Below are positions 27,728 through 38,238 of a DNA stretch of 64,000 nt, piece by piece. Position 1 is the stretch's first letter. Each line of letters opens with the position of its first letter. The stretch is from a virus. The notes beneath the pieces were generated by a model. It worked only from the letters and a program-made list of their open reading frames with translations, had not been told where the DNA came from and made no database searches. The position numbers and the translations under genes are program-made. The stretch spans positions 32,001 to 96,000 of IMG/VR virus record IMGVR_UViG_3300025276_000023; one strand, 5' to 3'.

Positions 27728-30259
27728 ATGCACATACTAGATCTATATATCCGCAACAATAAACGTTTGATGGATAAAAAAACTAACGTTATTCATTGGA
27801 CTATACATAGCGACGTACAGCTTCTAATTGGCGGTAATGGGTTTGGTAAGAGTACGCTGCAAAATGAGTTCAGTCCTCTTCCAGCTAATCCTAAGCACTA
27901 TTTGAAGACAGGCTGTAAGAAAGTACTTGTTGAACATGAATCTAAGCGCTATCGTTTGGAATCAGATTTTGGTAAAAAGCATAAACATTCATTCTTTGAT
28001 ATTGAGCAAGATAAAGAATTGAATGATGGGGGTACGGTTACAGTACAGATGGATTTATGTAAACGTATTTTAGGTTACGATAATGAAATACATAACTTCT
28101 TAAAAGGTAAAGTTAAACTAACGACTATGTCTTCTAAGGAGCGTAAAGATTTCTTTAGTAAAGTAAGTGATGTTCCAATTGACTTCGCTTTAAAAGTGTA
28201 TGATAGTTTGAGGGTGGAAGCTAGAAACTTAGCAGGGGTACAGAAGTATAATAAACAGAAAGTATTCGATGAGACTAAGAAGCTGTTATCGGACGAGAAG
28301 AAGAAGGAGTTCCAAGATGAGATTGTTGATTTAAAAGCAACGGTTGCAGAACTCACAGGGGCTAGGTTTAATAATCACTCACCAGCTCCCGTCCATATCC
28401 AAGATCTACATTCTAAAATAGATAAGATGAGCGACTACATCGTATCTAACCATTTGACCTACACTGGCTATTCTTCAATAGCTGAGTTAGAAGCTGAAAT
28501 ACAAACAGCCGATAAACAAAAAACATCGTGTAGTGATAAGTTACGTTTCTTATTAGAGAAGATGGAATTACATAAACGTAAGCTAGAGTTTGTTAATTCA
28601 GTAACTGAGTATCCAACTGCTAAAGTTAAAGAAGATCTATTTGAATTAAAAGAACAGATAGAGACGGTTGAACATGAAGAGTCTTTACATGACCTATCTT
28701 TAGTTCATGATTTTAGAGACAAGCAACAGATTGAGATCATTCTACGTGCCTTTGAAGAAGCTAAACGTACTCTTCAAGAATCCTTAATTACATTACCTGT
28801 GAATGTGAATAAGAACATGGCAGATGAATCTCTTTATATTCATGTCCAGAACAAACGCAGTCAAGCTGTTACTGCACTCAATGAGCTAGACAACGAGATT
28901 CAAAATAGACGCGCTACCATTACACACATCGAGTCTCACGATAGCGTAACCTGTGAAGAATGTAACCATGTCTTCACTCCGGGGGTGGATGTTAAAAGCA
29001 TTCCTAGACTTAAACAGACGAATGAGCAAGCGGCTGTTGAGATGGAAGCATTTGAACTCAAGATAAAGAAATGTGATGATAAACTAGCTGAGTTACGAGA
29101 TTACAGAATGAAGCATGAGAACATCTTGCGTTCACTTAATCATTACAACTTAGATCAATTATCATTAGACATCGACAGTAATCCTTGCAGTGTACGAACG
29201 TTCATAACGACAGATGAGTTATACTTCACTTCTCCTTCTAGTTTAGCTCCTAGACTAGATAAGATACATGAGTTAATAAAGGTTAAGGTTAAGTGGTTTG
29301 TCCTTAAAGAGAAACATGACCATATAGCGTCTATACTTCAACACCGTGAACGTTTAGGCATAACCGATGAAGATGCTCAGTATACAACAGAGGTTGTTAA
29401 AACGCTTGAGAACGAATATCATGAGACAGCTAACCTACATGCTAGTTTCACCGATACTTTTACTCAACTGACCAAGATGAAGAATCGACTAGGTCAGGAA
29501 CGTACTCAACAACAGCAATTGATGGAGATGGTTAAGAAGTTAAATCACTATTACGTAGACTCTGTTAAAAGTAAAGTTAACAGTGGTATAGATGAGAAAG
29601 TAAATGAACTGTCTATGAAGCTTTATCGTTTGAATGAAACATTGACTAGCTGTAGCATTACAGAAGGAATAATAGATCATTTAGAAAACGCATTGAAGCA
29701 AGTGGATGATGATATTATTATCTACGCTAAACTGATAGAGAAGCTAGGTCCTCAAAAAGGATTGATTGGTAAAAGTCTAATTTCATTTACTAACTATTTC
29801 ATTGAACGAATGAATGAAGTAATCGCTGCTATCTGGACTACACCTTTGTCAGTAATGCCCATGACTGTATCAGAGAAAGGCTTTAGCTACATGTTCCCTG
29901 TAGTTACCTATCTAGAATCTAATGCATCTGAGGATGTGTCTGGAACGTCGTCTGGCGAAGCTGAGATAATAGACTTTGCATTCATGTTAATTACGGCAAG
30001 TTGTTTAGGTCTTTCAAACTATCCACTATTGCTAGATGAAGTTGGGAAATACTTTAAGTTAGAACACAAGGTAAGACTTTACGATTATCTAAAGCTTTTG
30101 TCAGAACACAATAAAGCAAGTACGATAGTATTAATCTCTCACTTTAAAGGTACGTACGAGGCACTTACTAGAGCAGACGTTTGTAGAATAGACCCAACCG
30201 GTTTAGAGATACAAGACCATGAGAATAAGTTCTTCAACATAAACCCAGTAGAAGCATAG
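27728..30259 (+). CDS. sbcC: SbcC/Rad50-like SMC ATPase
   Basis: Walker A GGNGFGKST, coiled coils with central CEEC zinc hook, signature SSGE, Walker B LLLDE, H-loop ISH. Confidence 0.92.
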   Translation: MHILDLYIRNNKRLMDKKTNVIHWTIHSDVQLLIGGNGFGKSTLQNEFSPLPANPKHYLKTGCKKVLVEHESKRYRLESDFGKKHKHSFFDIEQDKELNDGGTVTVQMDLCKRILGYDNEIHNFLKGKVKLTTMSSKERKDFFSKVSDVPIDFALKVYDSLRVEARNLAGVQKYNKQKVFDETKKLLSDEKKKEFQDEIVDLKATVAELTGARFNNHSPAPVHIQDLHSKIDKMSDYIVSNHLTYTGYSSIAELEAEIQTADKQKTSCSDKLRFLLEKMELHKRKLEFVNSVTEYPTAKVKEDLFELKEQIETVEHEESLHDLSLVHDFRDKQQIEIILRAFEEAKRTLQESLITLPVNVNKNMADESLYIHVQNKRSQAVTALNELDNEIQNRRATITHIESHDSVTCEECNHVFTPGVDVKSIPRLKQTNEQAAVEMEAFELKIKKCDDKLAELRDYRMKHENILRSLNHYNLDQLSLDIDSNPCSVRTFITTDELYFTSPSSLAPRLDKIHELIKVKVKWFVLKEKHDHIASILQHRERLGITDEDAQYTTEVVKTLENEYHETANLHASFTDTFTQLTKMKNRLGQERTQQQQLMEMVKKLNHYYVDSVKSKVNSGIDEKVNELSMKLYRLNETLTSCSITEGIIDHLENALKQVDDDIIIYAKLIEKLGPQKGLIGKSLISFTNYFIERMNEVIAAIWTTPLSVMPMTVSEKGFSYMFPVVTYLESNASEDVSGTSSGEAEIIDFAFMLITASCLGLSNYPLLLDEVGKYFKLEHKVRLYDYLKLLSEHNKASTIVLISHFKGTYEALTRADVCRIDPTGLEIQDHENKFFNINPVEA

Positions 30260-30291
30260 AGGAAGGGACTTCGGTCCCTTCCCTTATGTTT
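30254..30291. terminator. Terminator between convergent genes
   Basis: GGAAGGGAC ttcg GTCCCTTCC with CATA..TATG flanks. Confidence 0.8.
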
Positions 30292-30292
30292 G

Positions 30293-30892
30293 TTATTCTA
30301 ACGTATTGCTTTCAAAGAAACGAATGTACTCTTCTAGTTTCGCCACTTTAGTAGTAAGTTCTTGAATAGTTTTGTAAGGATTGATTTCAGCATTAACGTT
30401 AATCAATCTTTCCTGCTCTAGCGTGTCATGAATCTCCTGAGTTATGAGCTCAACGACTTCCCCTTCAACAATAAAGCATTCTAATTCTTTCCCCACCAAC
30501 TGAGAAGCCAATGTCTTCATCTCATTTAAAACATGTTCAGTACTTAAAGACTTAGGTATAGCGCCTATATCGATACATAGCGTTTCTGTTTTATATTCAA
30601 CAATACTTGATTGTACATAGCTAGTAAAATAGTTTACCGGTATATAGATTTCATTACCGTCGCTCTGAATCATCAATGCAATTTGAATGTCTTTCTCGGA
30701 AGCTTCGTCATAAACGTCTTGTTCTAAACCAATCTTAGCGTAAACTGATTGTTGTACGTCTATACTGAAACCTAACTCTGATAGTCTACTTACACGAATA
30801 CATTCAATGCGAGTAGTTTGTAGGTGTTCGTAGGGAGCTTTAAATCCATAGAAACCTACATCGCCAACTTTAGGTAAATATAAACCCATCAT
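30293..30892 (-). CDS. Hypothetical protein of the phiKZ-like core block
   Basis: 199 aa, TAATG-coupled to the upstream gene, C-terminal coiled coil. Confidence 0.7.
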   Translation of the reverse strand: MMGLYLPKVGDVGFYGFKAPYEHLQTTRIECIRVSRLSELGFSIDVQQSVYAKIGLEQDVYDEASEKDIQIALMIQSDGNEIYIPVNYFTSYVQSSIVEYKTETLCIDIGAIPKSLSTEHVLNEMKTLASQLVGKELECFIVEGEVVELITQEIHDTLEQERLINVNAEINPYKTIQELTTKVAKLEEYIRFFESNTLE

Positions 30893-32619
30893 TAGTGAAG
30901 TATTCCGTCATTAGGATCGTTTCCACCATCGTTTCTTCGATCAGCAAATGTTCCAGCGAACGTACCATGATTAGAAACGTAGTCACCTAATCTGGCAGTC
31001 ACGACTACCTCATAACCGTTATAAGGAATGCTATACTCGGCGAACATGAAAGCCGCGTCGCTACCCGATGAGAAAGCTGTTTCTACAGCGGTTGGTTCAC
31101 CTATCTGAGTTAAATGAGCGTACCAGTAGATGGGTCCATCAAAAAAGTATGCATCCATATTACCAGTTTCCGGATTGAACTTCACCAATCTTACAACCAG
31201 TGAGTTTGTATCGTACTTATCTGAACCAAATGAACACTCTATCTCCGGCAATCCTATGAATCCATCTCCAGGTCCTGGACCAATAACAGGACCGTCGTCA
31301 TCACCGTCTCCAGGAAATTCAGGAATGGGTGGTTCGATTATTACATTTGAACGGACAGATATTAAGTAATTTACTTTCTCGTAATTAAATACGATGTAAG
31401 TATTATCACCTCGCTCTACTGTACTGAAATCATTTGGTAGATTGACGTATCCATCACCGTCCCAACGTTCTGCGTAATAAAAAGCAGATGTTAACTGCTG
31501 CATGAATCCGCGAGTATAAGGTGATAGGCGATCGTAATAAGCATCTAAGGTAGATACAGAAGCAAACTCTGGCATCTGATCTCTAAAGCGCGTTATGCCG
31601 GTCTGGTTCTTTTCATTACCAATTGCTACAAAGCCAATGGATTTAAATGTGAATGCGCTATGTTCAAGATTATTGTAGACATAGTCTATATCTAAACCGT
31701 GGAACGTACTGAAACCATATTTAAACATTAGCTCCATATCAGCAGTAGGTGAATAAATACCGAAGATAGACTGTAAGTTTTCAACAGATATCTCATTCCA
31801 CATTGGGCTGATGTAGAACTCATTAGGTAGGAACAGTTCAGGTAATATCTTTTCCCATTCAGATCTTGGGTATTCAGAATTGGCCAGTATATGTTCAACT
31901 AAGCTATTTTTAATAAGATCAATGTTCTTACCAGCGTTACCATATATAAGCGCTGTGAACGTTATTTTGTGAGTGACCTCAGGATCATTCTTATCGACCC
32001 AGTCAACTTCGAGCGGGTACTGATGAGTAAAAGGCACTTCATTGCGAACGATATCAATACGATTGAATATATCAGTGAGACTAATATTGTCTAGTGTATT
32101 GAATACATTGGCTCGGGTTTCATGGAGTTTATCTAAATCGTCCAAGGGCATGATGGGGAATAATTCATACTCAGGATATTCTTTATCGAACTCTTGATCA
32201 GAGAACCATAGACTAACTAAGTCTCCATCTGCACTAAAAACTATATAAGTAGGGTACCAAACATCACCCACTTTTTCCATTCTTCCAACTTCTTCAATTT
32301 CTAAATCGGAATATTGAACTTGGAAAAGTTGCTTAAAGTCTGAGTTGTCGCCAGTGTAACTGCCATCTTTCGATGTGTCATAAATCCACTGTGCCATTTC
32401 AAGTATTGCATTTCGCATGCCGAGAGGCAAAGCCATTTGTACATCATTATTTTCAGATTGAAAAGTTAATATCTTCACATCTTTAAATTGTGAGCTTGAA
32501 TAATTACCAATCTCTCTGCTAAAACTTGCAGAGTTAGGCGATAACTCACCGATGGGACTGACCTGCCCAGGAGTATTGTTTATTAAAGGTATTACGTTAA
32601 CAAAAGAATGAACGATCAT
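30892..32619 (-). CDS. Putative virion structural protein (phiKZ gp157-like) with C-terminal appended domain
   Basis: NNTPGQVSPIGELS and WEKILPELF..EFYISPMW motifs recalled from this family; start moved to 32619 (GAGGTG RBS). Confidence 0.65.
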   Translation of the reverse strand: MIVHSFVNVIPLINNTPGQVSPIGELSPNSASFSREIGNYSSSQFKDVKILTFQSENNDVQMALPLGMRNAILEMAQWIYDTSKDGSYTGDNSDFKQLFQVQYSDLEIEEVGRMEKVGDVWYPTYIVFSADGDLVSLWFSDQEFDKEYPEYELFPIMPLDDLDKLHETRANVFNTLDNISLTDIFNRIDIVRNEVPFTHQYPLEVDWVDKNDPEVTHKITFTALIYGNAGKNIDLIKNSLVEHILANSEYPRSEWEKILPELFLPNEFYISPMWNEISVENLQSIFGIYSPTADMELMFKYGFSTFHGLDIDYVYNNLEHSAFTFKSIGFVAIGNEKNQTGITRFRDQMPEFASVSTLDAYYDRLSPYTRGFMQQLTSAFYYAERWDGDGYVNLPNDFSTVERGDNTYIVFNYEKVNYLISVRSNVIIEPPIPEFPGDGDDDGPVIGPGPGDGFIGLPEIECSFGSDKYDTNSLVVRLVKFNPETGNMDAYFFDGPIYWYAHLTQIGEPTAVETAFSSGSDAAFMFAEYSIPYNGYEVVVTARLGDYVSNHGTFAGTFADRRNDGGNDPNDGILH

Positions 32620-32650
32620 AGTCACCTCGTTTGTAGAAAAGGAATAAGTT

Positions 32651-33181
32651 ATGCTATATCTTATTAAAGTCATATTATCTTCATTCCTCCCGTTTATGAA
32701 AGAAGCAATGATGGGAGCTAATGGACATCCTTACATGGATGGTAAAAAGAGAAAGTCGGAAGGAGGCATGGTTACAGCCTTGCTACCAATCTCTCTTTTA
32801 TGCATTGCCTTTGTAAGTACAGATCTATTAGAAAAATATGACATGTTAAACAAATTGACATTGACAGTCGAGGCTACTAAAAAGGAGTTAGTCACAAAAG
32901 AAAAGAAGTTAGAAAGTCTAGAGGCTAAATATGAGACTCTAGAATCAGAAAATTCAAAGTTAGATACTGCTCTCTTTAGAAAGGATTATGACTATAAGGG
33001 TCTGAAAGGTGACTATATCGAAATGAAGGATTTGTATAAAACTCTCTTCACTAAATATGAAAACCTTAAAGATAAAAAAGAAGGTATCTGTTTTCCCAAC
33101 GTCGACTATTCAAATGAAACTATTGACTTAGATGAACTGAATAGAAAACTCAACAATTACAACCGAGGTTCTAATGATTAA
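32651..33181 (+). CDS. Membrane protein with long coiled coil (i-spanin-like architecture)
   Basis: Hydrophobic segments then a heptad-rich region and a C-terminal Cys. Confidence 0.6.
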   Translation: MLYLIKVILSSFLPFMKEAMMGANGHPYMDGKKRKSEGGMVTALLPISLLCIAFVSTDLLEKYDMLNKLTLTVEATKKELVTKEKKLESLEAKYETLESENSKLDTALFRKDYDYKGLKGDYIEMKDLYKTLFTKYENLKDKKEGICFPNVDYSNETIDLDELNRKLNNYNRGSND

Positions 33182-33644
33182 CCGTATCGTACTCGCTGTG
33201 TTCTGCTGCTCTTATTTGAGCAGCTGTAACCTGACGGCTAACCAACCCCCTAATGAATACAGCCGTGCAATTGACACAACTCAAGTTACGGAGCCTATGA
33301 TACATAACGCCCCAAAGCTAAAGGACTTCGTAGAGCTGTACGGAGACCAACAAGGAGGTAGGATCTATGTTCGAGAACTTAAGAACTATCATGAGTACTT
33401 ATCTTATTACATCCAGTATCTGTCAAAACAATACGACATACCGGTGTATAGCGAGAAGTCTTGTATTTATCCTCCTACAGAAGAAGGGCTAATAATTCCT
33501 GAAATAGATGAGATAACAGACTCGTCTCCAGAAGAGATAATTAATCGGTTAGCTATTCATATAGGTAAGGTCACGCGTACTGTTGATGAGTACAATAAAG
33601 CCCTTGCTGATAAATACGATAAATACAAATCGTGTATTAATTAA
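33174..33644 (+). CDS. Lipoprotein
   Basis: MINRIVLAVFCCSYLSS-C lipobox; GAGG RBS; overlaps the upstream gene by 8 nt. Confidence 0.65.
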   Translation: MINRIVLAVFCCSYLSSCNLTANQPPNEYSRAIDTTQVTEPMIHNAPKLKDFVELYGDQQGGRIYVRELKNYHEYLSYYIQYLSKQYDIPVYSEKSCIYPPTEEGLIIPEIDEITDSSPEEIINRLAIHIGKVTRTVDEYNKALADKYDKYKSCIN

Positions 33645-33691
33645 CCTAAATCCCTATTACTATAGACTACTAAACAATTAAGGATATTACG

Positions 33692-35281
33692 ATGGAAGCT
33701 GGCGTTTTTTATACCGACGGTGGTAAAAGACCTATGGGTACAGGTTGGGGTGTTCATGGTTATACATACGCTATTGATGGTAATGTAATTAAAGCACCGC
33801 GCAATCAAGCACAGCCGACTGATATCGGTTATCTTGATAAAGTATTAAAGGTGTCTAAGTTTGACGCTAAAGGCAATGAGATAATCACAGATCAAATTAA
33901 ACCTTTTGCAGAAGAAACGGCTGTATCTACAGAAGTGGATAAAAGCAAAGACAAAACACCTTTAAAGAAAGAACCGTTTAACTTTAAAGTTAACAAAGCT
34001 ATTCCGGTTAAGCCAAAGACGTTCATCGATGCTTGGGGTCGTTTAGATTCAGAGATGTCTAATAACGTTGCTGAGCTATCTGCTATGACATACGCACTTG
34101 ATTATGCAGAAGAGAAAGGACTTAAGAAAATTAAAGTTCTCTCTGATTCTGAGTACTGTATTCTAGGTACAGTCAATGCATTGAAATGGCGACGTGATGG
34201 ATGGAGAAACTCTCGTGGGTTAGATGTTAAGAACGCAGAGCTTTGGGAAAAGACACTTAAGTCTATTGCCGATGCAGCACAAGCTGGTCGTGAAGTACAG
34301 TTTGTTTGGGTTCGTGCTCATAACGGTGAGAAAGGAAATGAACTTGCAGATACAAGCGCAACTAAAGGTTTAATTCTTAATACCATCGAAGGTAGTGCAG
34401 AAACAGTTCTTCAAGAAGAAGATGTTAAAACATACGGTAAAGCTAAACTTGAATATTCAAGACTACTTGCTTTTCCTATTTGGTACTTTAGAACTAACTG
34501 TGGTAATGAAATTAACTTACCAGATGGAACGTTCCAGTATTACGTAGGAACTCATAACAACGCACCAGAGATGGCAGGTAAAAGAGCCATTGACCATAAC
34601 TTCGGTGTGGTTCGTTTGAATGAACGTGTTGAAGTATTTGATGAAGTATTAACTGCTCAAGAAAAGCTACTTAGCTCTACAGAAGAAGTCATTTCTTTTG
34701 GTCTGATGAGCAACATCTTTAAACCAGATGTATTAGTAGAACTTGAAAAGAACGGTGCTCAATACTTCTATCCAAAAGAAGAATCGTTTAACAAAGATGT
34801 TGTGATGTTTGATAAGCTAGAGAACGGCGGTGTGCAATTAACACACGTAGCTAGACCACCTAGAATATCGGCTCGTGTATTCGATTACTGTAAATTGCTG
34901 GATTATGTGCTAGACCAGTACTTAAGTAATGATGAAACTGTTATCGTTACCGATTTGACTGATGACTTTCAATTGAAAGAAACCAGTGCTAAAGGTAAAG
35001 TTAAATATTCATTACAAGACGCGGTCAAGTCAAACTTATCAATGATGAAGATTGCCGTTAACCATAATCTCAAAGCAGAAGGTAAGAAAGAATTTAATAT
35101 AGCCATTGGCTTTACAGTTCCTTCTAAGAACCATCTAAGTAGATTAATCGGTAAAGACTTCAGCATCAAGTTTGTAACGTGGAAAGAATGCGACATTGCA
35201 TTTAGATACGCTGCTATCGTTGAATCCTCAGATGGTATCGCTATTTATGCACCGCACTCTAATTCTGTAATCTGTAAATAG
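33692..35281 (+). CDS. rnhA: Ribonuclease HI with long C-terminal extension (phiKZ gp155-like)
   Basis: YTDGG, NNVAEL, SDSEY, W..NS...VKNAELW, WVRAH, GNELAD motifs. Confidence 0.9.
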   Translation: MEAGVFYTDGGKRPMGTGWGVHGYTYAIDGNVIKAPRNQAQPTDIGYLDKVLKVSKFDAKGNEIITDQIKPFAEETAVSTEVDKSKDKTPLKKEPFNFKVNKAIPVKPKTFIDAWGRLDSEMSNNVAELSAMTYALDYAEEKGLKKIKVLSDSEYCILGTVNALKWRRDGWRNSRGLDVKNAELWEKTLKSIADAAQAGREVQFVWVRAHNGEKGNELADTSATKGLILNTIEGSAETVLQEEDVKTYGKAKLEYSRLLAFPIWYFRTNCGNEINLPDGTFQYYVGTHNNAPEMAGKRAIDHNFGVVRLNERVEVFDEVLTAQEKLLSSTEEVISFGLMSNIFKPDVLVELEKNGAQYFYPKEESFNKDVVMFDKLENGGVQLTHVARPPRISARVFDYCKLLDYVLDQYLSNDETVIVTDLTDDFQLKETSAKGKVKYSLQDAVKSNLSMMKIAVNHNLKAEGKKEFNIAIGFTVPSKNHLSRLIGKDFSIKFVTWKECDIAFRYAAIVESSDGIAIYAPHSNSVICK

Positions 35282-35290
35282 AGGTAGCTT

Positions 35291-35683
35291 ATGACATCTA
35301 GACTGGAACACATGGTCTCAATGTTCTTCATTAGATCGCTTGCAAAACTACTCCCTGACCGAATGAAACGTTTATTGGTCATAGTTAGTCTTTACAATCA
35401 TTTCCTAGAGAGTGAATCAATAACCGAAGAACAGCGCCAGCTAAAACTGACGGAACTTAATGAAGCATTAAAGCTTGCAACAACGAGTTCCAGAAGTCTA
35501 GCGCTTGGTTTATTATTCAGCGAACCTCTTTGGGGCGGAAGAACAAACATCACTATGAATAACTTGAAGCGTGAACGGGTTGATAACTTCCTACCGCACT
35601 TCTTACGTTATGGTAGAGATGTGGATATAGAAGCTGATGTAAGAAATCTAGATAAGTTTCTGTTAACAAAAAGAAATGCATAA
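35291..35683 (+). CDS. Hypothetical protein of the core block
   Basis: 130 aa, GAGGT RBS, P.FLRYG motif. Confidence 0.65.
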   Translation: MTSRLEHMVSMFFIRSLAKLLPDRMKRLLVIVSLYNHFLESESITEEQRQLKLTELNEALKLATTSSRSLALGLLFSEPLWGGRTNITMNNLKRERVDNFLPHFLRYGRDVDIEADVRNLDKFLLTKRNA

Positions 35684-35717
35684 TAAGAAAGGGGTGTTAG
35701 CCCCTTTCTTATGTTTT
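35679..35717. terminator. Bidirectional terminator
   Basis: ATAAGAAAGGGG tgttag CCCCTTTCTTAT between convergent genes. Confidence 0.8.
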
Positions 35718-35720
35718 AAG

Positions 35721-36557
35721 TTACACTTTTTTATTCATTTCAGTTAGTGCGTTATCTAGTGCTTGATAAGAATAATCAAGTAAAGATAAAAGACTAATTG
35801 CTTCTGCAACCGCATGTACATGTAAGCTAAGGTCAGATACAGCACGACGATTACCAGCAAGACGTAAAGCGTATTGTTCCATGAACTGATCTGCTAGCTC
35901 ATTGATACGTTCAATGTCTTTAGATACCTTAGTGGTGTCTAACTGACTTCTTTTTTCAGTTAACTGAGAGTAATATGTACGCAACTCATCTAACTCAGAA
36001 ACGCTACTAATCATATCACCAATAGTAGAGCGGTTACTACGAGCACTAGAACCGAACATGCTTTGGAACTTTTCATTGGTAGCATCTAAGGTAGTTTGTT
36101 TAACTTTACCATAATTACTTAGACTTTTGATTTTATCAGGGTCATTATTCAAAACAGCAAACAACGACACAAGGCCGCTGAGAGCTTCTGTAAGCTCACT
36201 AGACAATGAGGTATAACATTCATCCAATGTAACTATCCATGTCTTAAGGTTAACTTGTAGACCGTCCTGTATAGATACCGGATGCTGGCTAACATTAGCC
36301 AGATCTTTTTTCTGCAACTTCTTAAATAAAGTTTCTAGTAATTTAGAATCTGAGTTTTTAAAATCTTTAAAGTTTGTCTTTTTAGGGAACGCGCTTTTAA
36401 AACCAGATAATAAAGATTTAACGAAACCAGCACCGTCCTCAGCACTGTAAGTAAGTTTAGAATATGCCGACACATTTGTATACAAGATCATTGCCTGACT
36501 ACCAACCCCACCAACCGTGGGTTCTAACGCTAGTTTTCTGTTTATTTTCTGTAACAT
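35721..36557 (-). CDS. Putative virion/head protein (phiKZ gp153-like position)
   Basis: 278-aa helical ORF between RNase H and UvsX; N-terminal ALE possible maturation site. Confidence 0.6.
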   Translation of the reverse strand: MLQKINRKLALEPTVGGVGSQAMILYTNVSAYSKLTYSAEDGAGFVKSLLSGFKSAFPKKTNFKDFKNSDSKLLETLFKKLQKKDLANVSQHPVSIQDGLQVNLKTWIVTLDECYTSLSSELTEALSGLVSLFAVLNNDPDKIKSLSNYGKVKQTTLDATNEKFQSMFGSSARSNRSTIGDMISSVSELDELRTYYSQLTEKRSQLDTTKVSKDIERINELADQFMEQYALRLAGNRRAVSDLSLHVHAVAEAISLLSLLDYSYQALDNALTEMNKKV

Positions 36558-36617
36558 TTTATTTAGTCCACTTTAATATGTAAAAACAAATTTCATAAAA
36601 TAGGAAAGGTCCAACTT

Positions 36618-38135
36618 ATGGGTATTAATTCTGTAATCGAGTCAACTCCACCAATCAAAGCTTTATTCAACATGGGCTGTCTGATGGATATCCCAAACTG
36701 CTCGGGCAGTTACCGCTATGGCAAGTATGGTGAAGCCATATTAAATGGGGGTCTAGCTCATTTCGAAGGTGTAGGTGGTAGACCGAATACGCACAAGTCT
36801 ACGTTCATGCACTTTAGATCACTGCGACTGATAGACCGTTACCCAACTACTGAGGGAAGTAATCTAGATACTGAATACTCTCAAACTCCTGGTCGTTTCA
36901 ATCTATTGCGTAAACACCATCCTCGCCTAGAAGCATTGAGCTTTGACTTCGAAGATGAAGATCAACAAATCCTTACTATCACAGATGGTCGTAAATACCG
37001 TGGTGATGATTACTGGGAAGAAGTTAAGAACTACGCTAAAACAAAGATGAATGATAAAACAGCTATCATGACTCTACCATTTGTAACAGCGAAAGGTCGT
37101 CACTTCAAAGGGCTTAAAGTTGATGTAATGGCAATTGACTCATTATCTCGAATGGGCACTAAGTCATTAGATAAAATCATCGACAACAATGACGTTGGCT
37201 CTAACAGCATGCAAACATTCGGTGCTCGTGACTCAGGCGTTAAAGCACAGATGTTAATCCAGATATCTGATTATGCACTGCGTACTGGTTTAGTATGTCA
37301 ATTAACAGCGCACGTTGACGATGAAGTTAACTTAGAAATGTTTCCTACTTCAACTAAGAAACTAGCGTTCTTGAAAAACGGTCTTAAGTTCAAATACGTA
37401 TCGAATCAGTTTGCGTTCCTACCTAATAACTTATGGTATGTTTATTCAGCTACGCCTTACAACAATGCAACAAGTAAGTACAGTGAATATCCTCGTGATA
37501 AAGACGATACAAACAGTACAGACTTAATGCGTATGTTCATTCAGAATCTACGTGGTAAGTTTGGCTCATCGGGTGCACCGACTGAATTAATCGTTTCTCA
37601 ACGTGAAGGTATCTTACCTACATTGAGTGAGTTCCATCACTGTCGTAAAACTAAGAGCAAACCTACAGAAGCAGGTTTTGGTTTAGTGGGTAACAACACA
37701 ACTGCTGCACTTGCATTAAAGCCAGATGTTAAGTTTACTCGAAATACCATTCGTACTAAGTATGTTGAGCATCCTGAACTGGTACGTGGTTTTGAAATCA
37801 CATCTGAAGTATGTCAATTAAAAGAGTTATGGCATCACCTTCCATTAGAATATAAAATGATTACAATGGAAGAGATCTACGCTAAGTTAGTTGACCTAGG
37901 TTATGATGTTGACTTCTTACTTGGTAAGACTCGTGGCTTCTGGACACATGTTGAATCTGAATCTATGTTCGGACCGTTCTTATCAACATGGGATGTCCTT
38001 CGTATCGTTACAGATAAGTATTATCCGTACTGGTATGACAAAGCAATTAAAGAACATAAACTAGCACCGATTAAAAATCGTAAAGTTGCAATTGAAGCAC
38101 TTAAGCTAGAATGCCCTTGGGTAACTTGGTGTTAA
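36618..38135 (+). CDS. uvsX: UvsX/RecA-like recombinase (phiKZ gp152-like)
   Basis: Walker A variant GRPNTHKST, DTE, Walker B AIDSLS, LRGKFGSSG. Confidence 0.85.
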   Translation: MGINSVIESTPPIKALFNMGCLMDIPNCSGSYRYGKYGEAILNGGLAHFEGVGGRPNTHKSTFMHFRSLRLIDRYPTTEGSNLDTEYSQTPGRFNLLRKHHPRLEALSFDFEDEDQQILTITDGRKYRGDDYWEEVKNYAKTKMNDKTAIMTLPFVTAKGRHFKGLKVDVMAIDSLSRMGTKSLDKIIDNNDVGSNSMQTFGARDSGVKAQMLIQISDYALRTGLVCQLTAHVDDEVNLEMFPTSTKKLAFLKNGLKFKYVSNQFAFLPNNLWYVYSATPYNNATSKYSEYPRDKDDTNSTDLMRMFIQNLRGKFGSSGAPTELIVSQREGILPTLSEFHHCRKTKSKPTEAGFGLVGNNTTAALALKPDVKFTRNTIRTKYVEHPELVRGFEITSEVCQLKELWHHLPLEYKMITMEEIYAKLVDLGYDVDFLLGKTRGFWTHVESESMFGPFLSTWDVLRIVTDKYYPYWYDKAIKEHKLAPIKNRKVAIEALKLECPWVTWC

Positions 38136-38149
38136 TTTAATACCGTTCA

Positions 38150-38179
38150 GATATAGGGAGCAATCCCTATATCCTTATG
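38150..38179 (+). terminator. Hairpin after uvsX
   Basis: GATATAGGGA gcaa TCCCTATATC with GNRA loop. Confidence 0.6.
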
Positions 38180-38238
38180 AATAAAATGGAATCCTCCTAT
38201 GATTAAAAACAAGCTAAAAGAATCAAGAGAATTGAACA

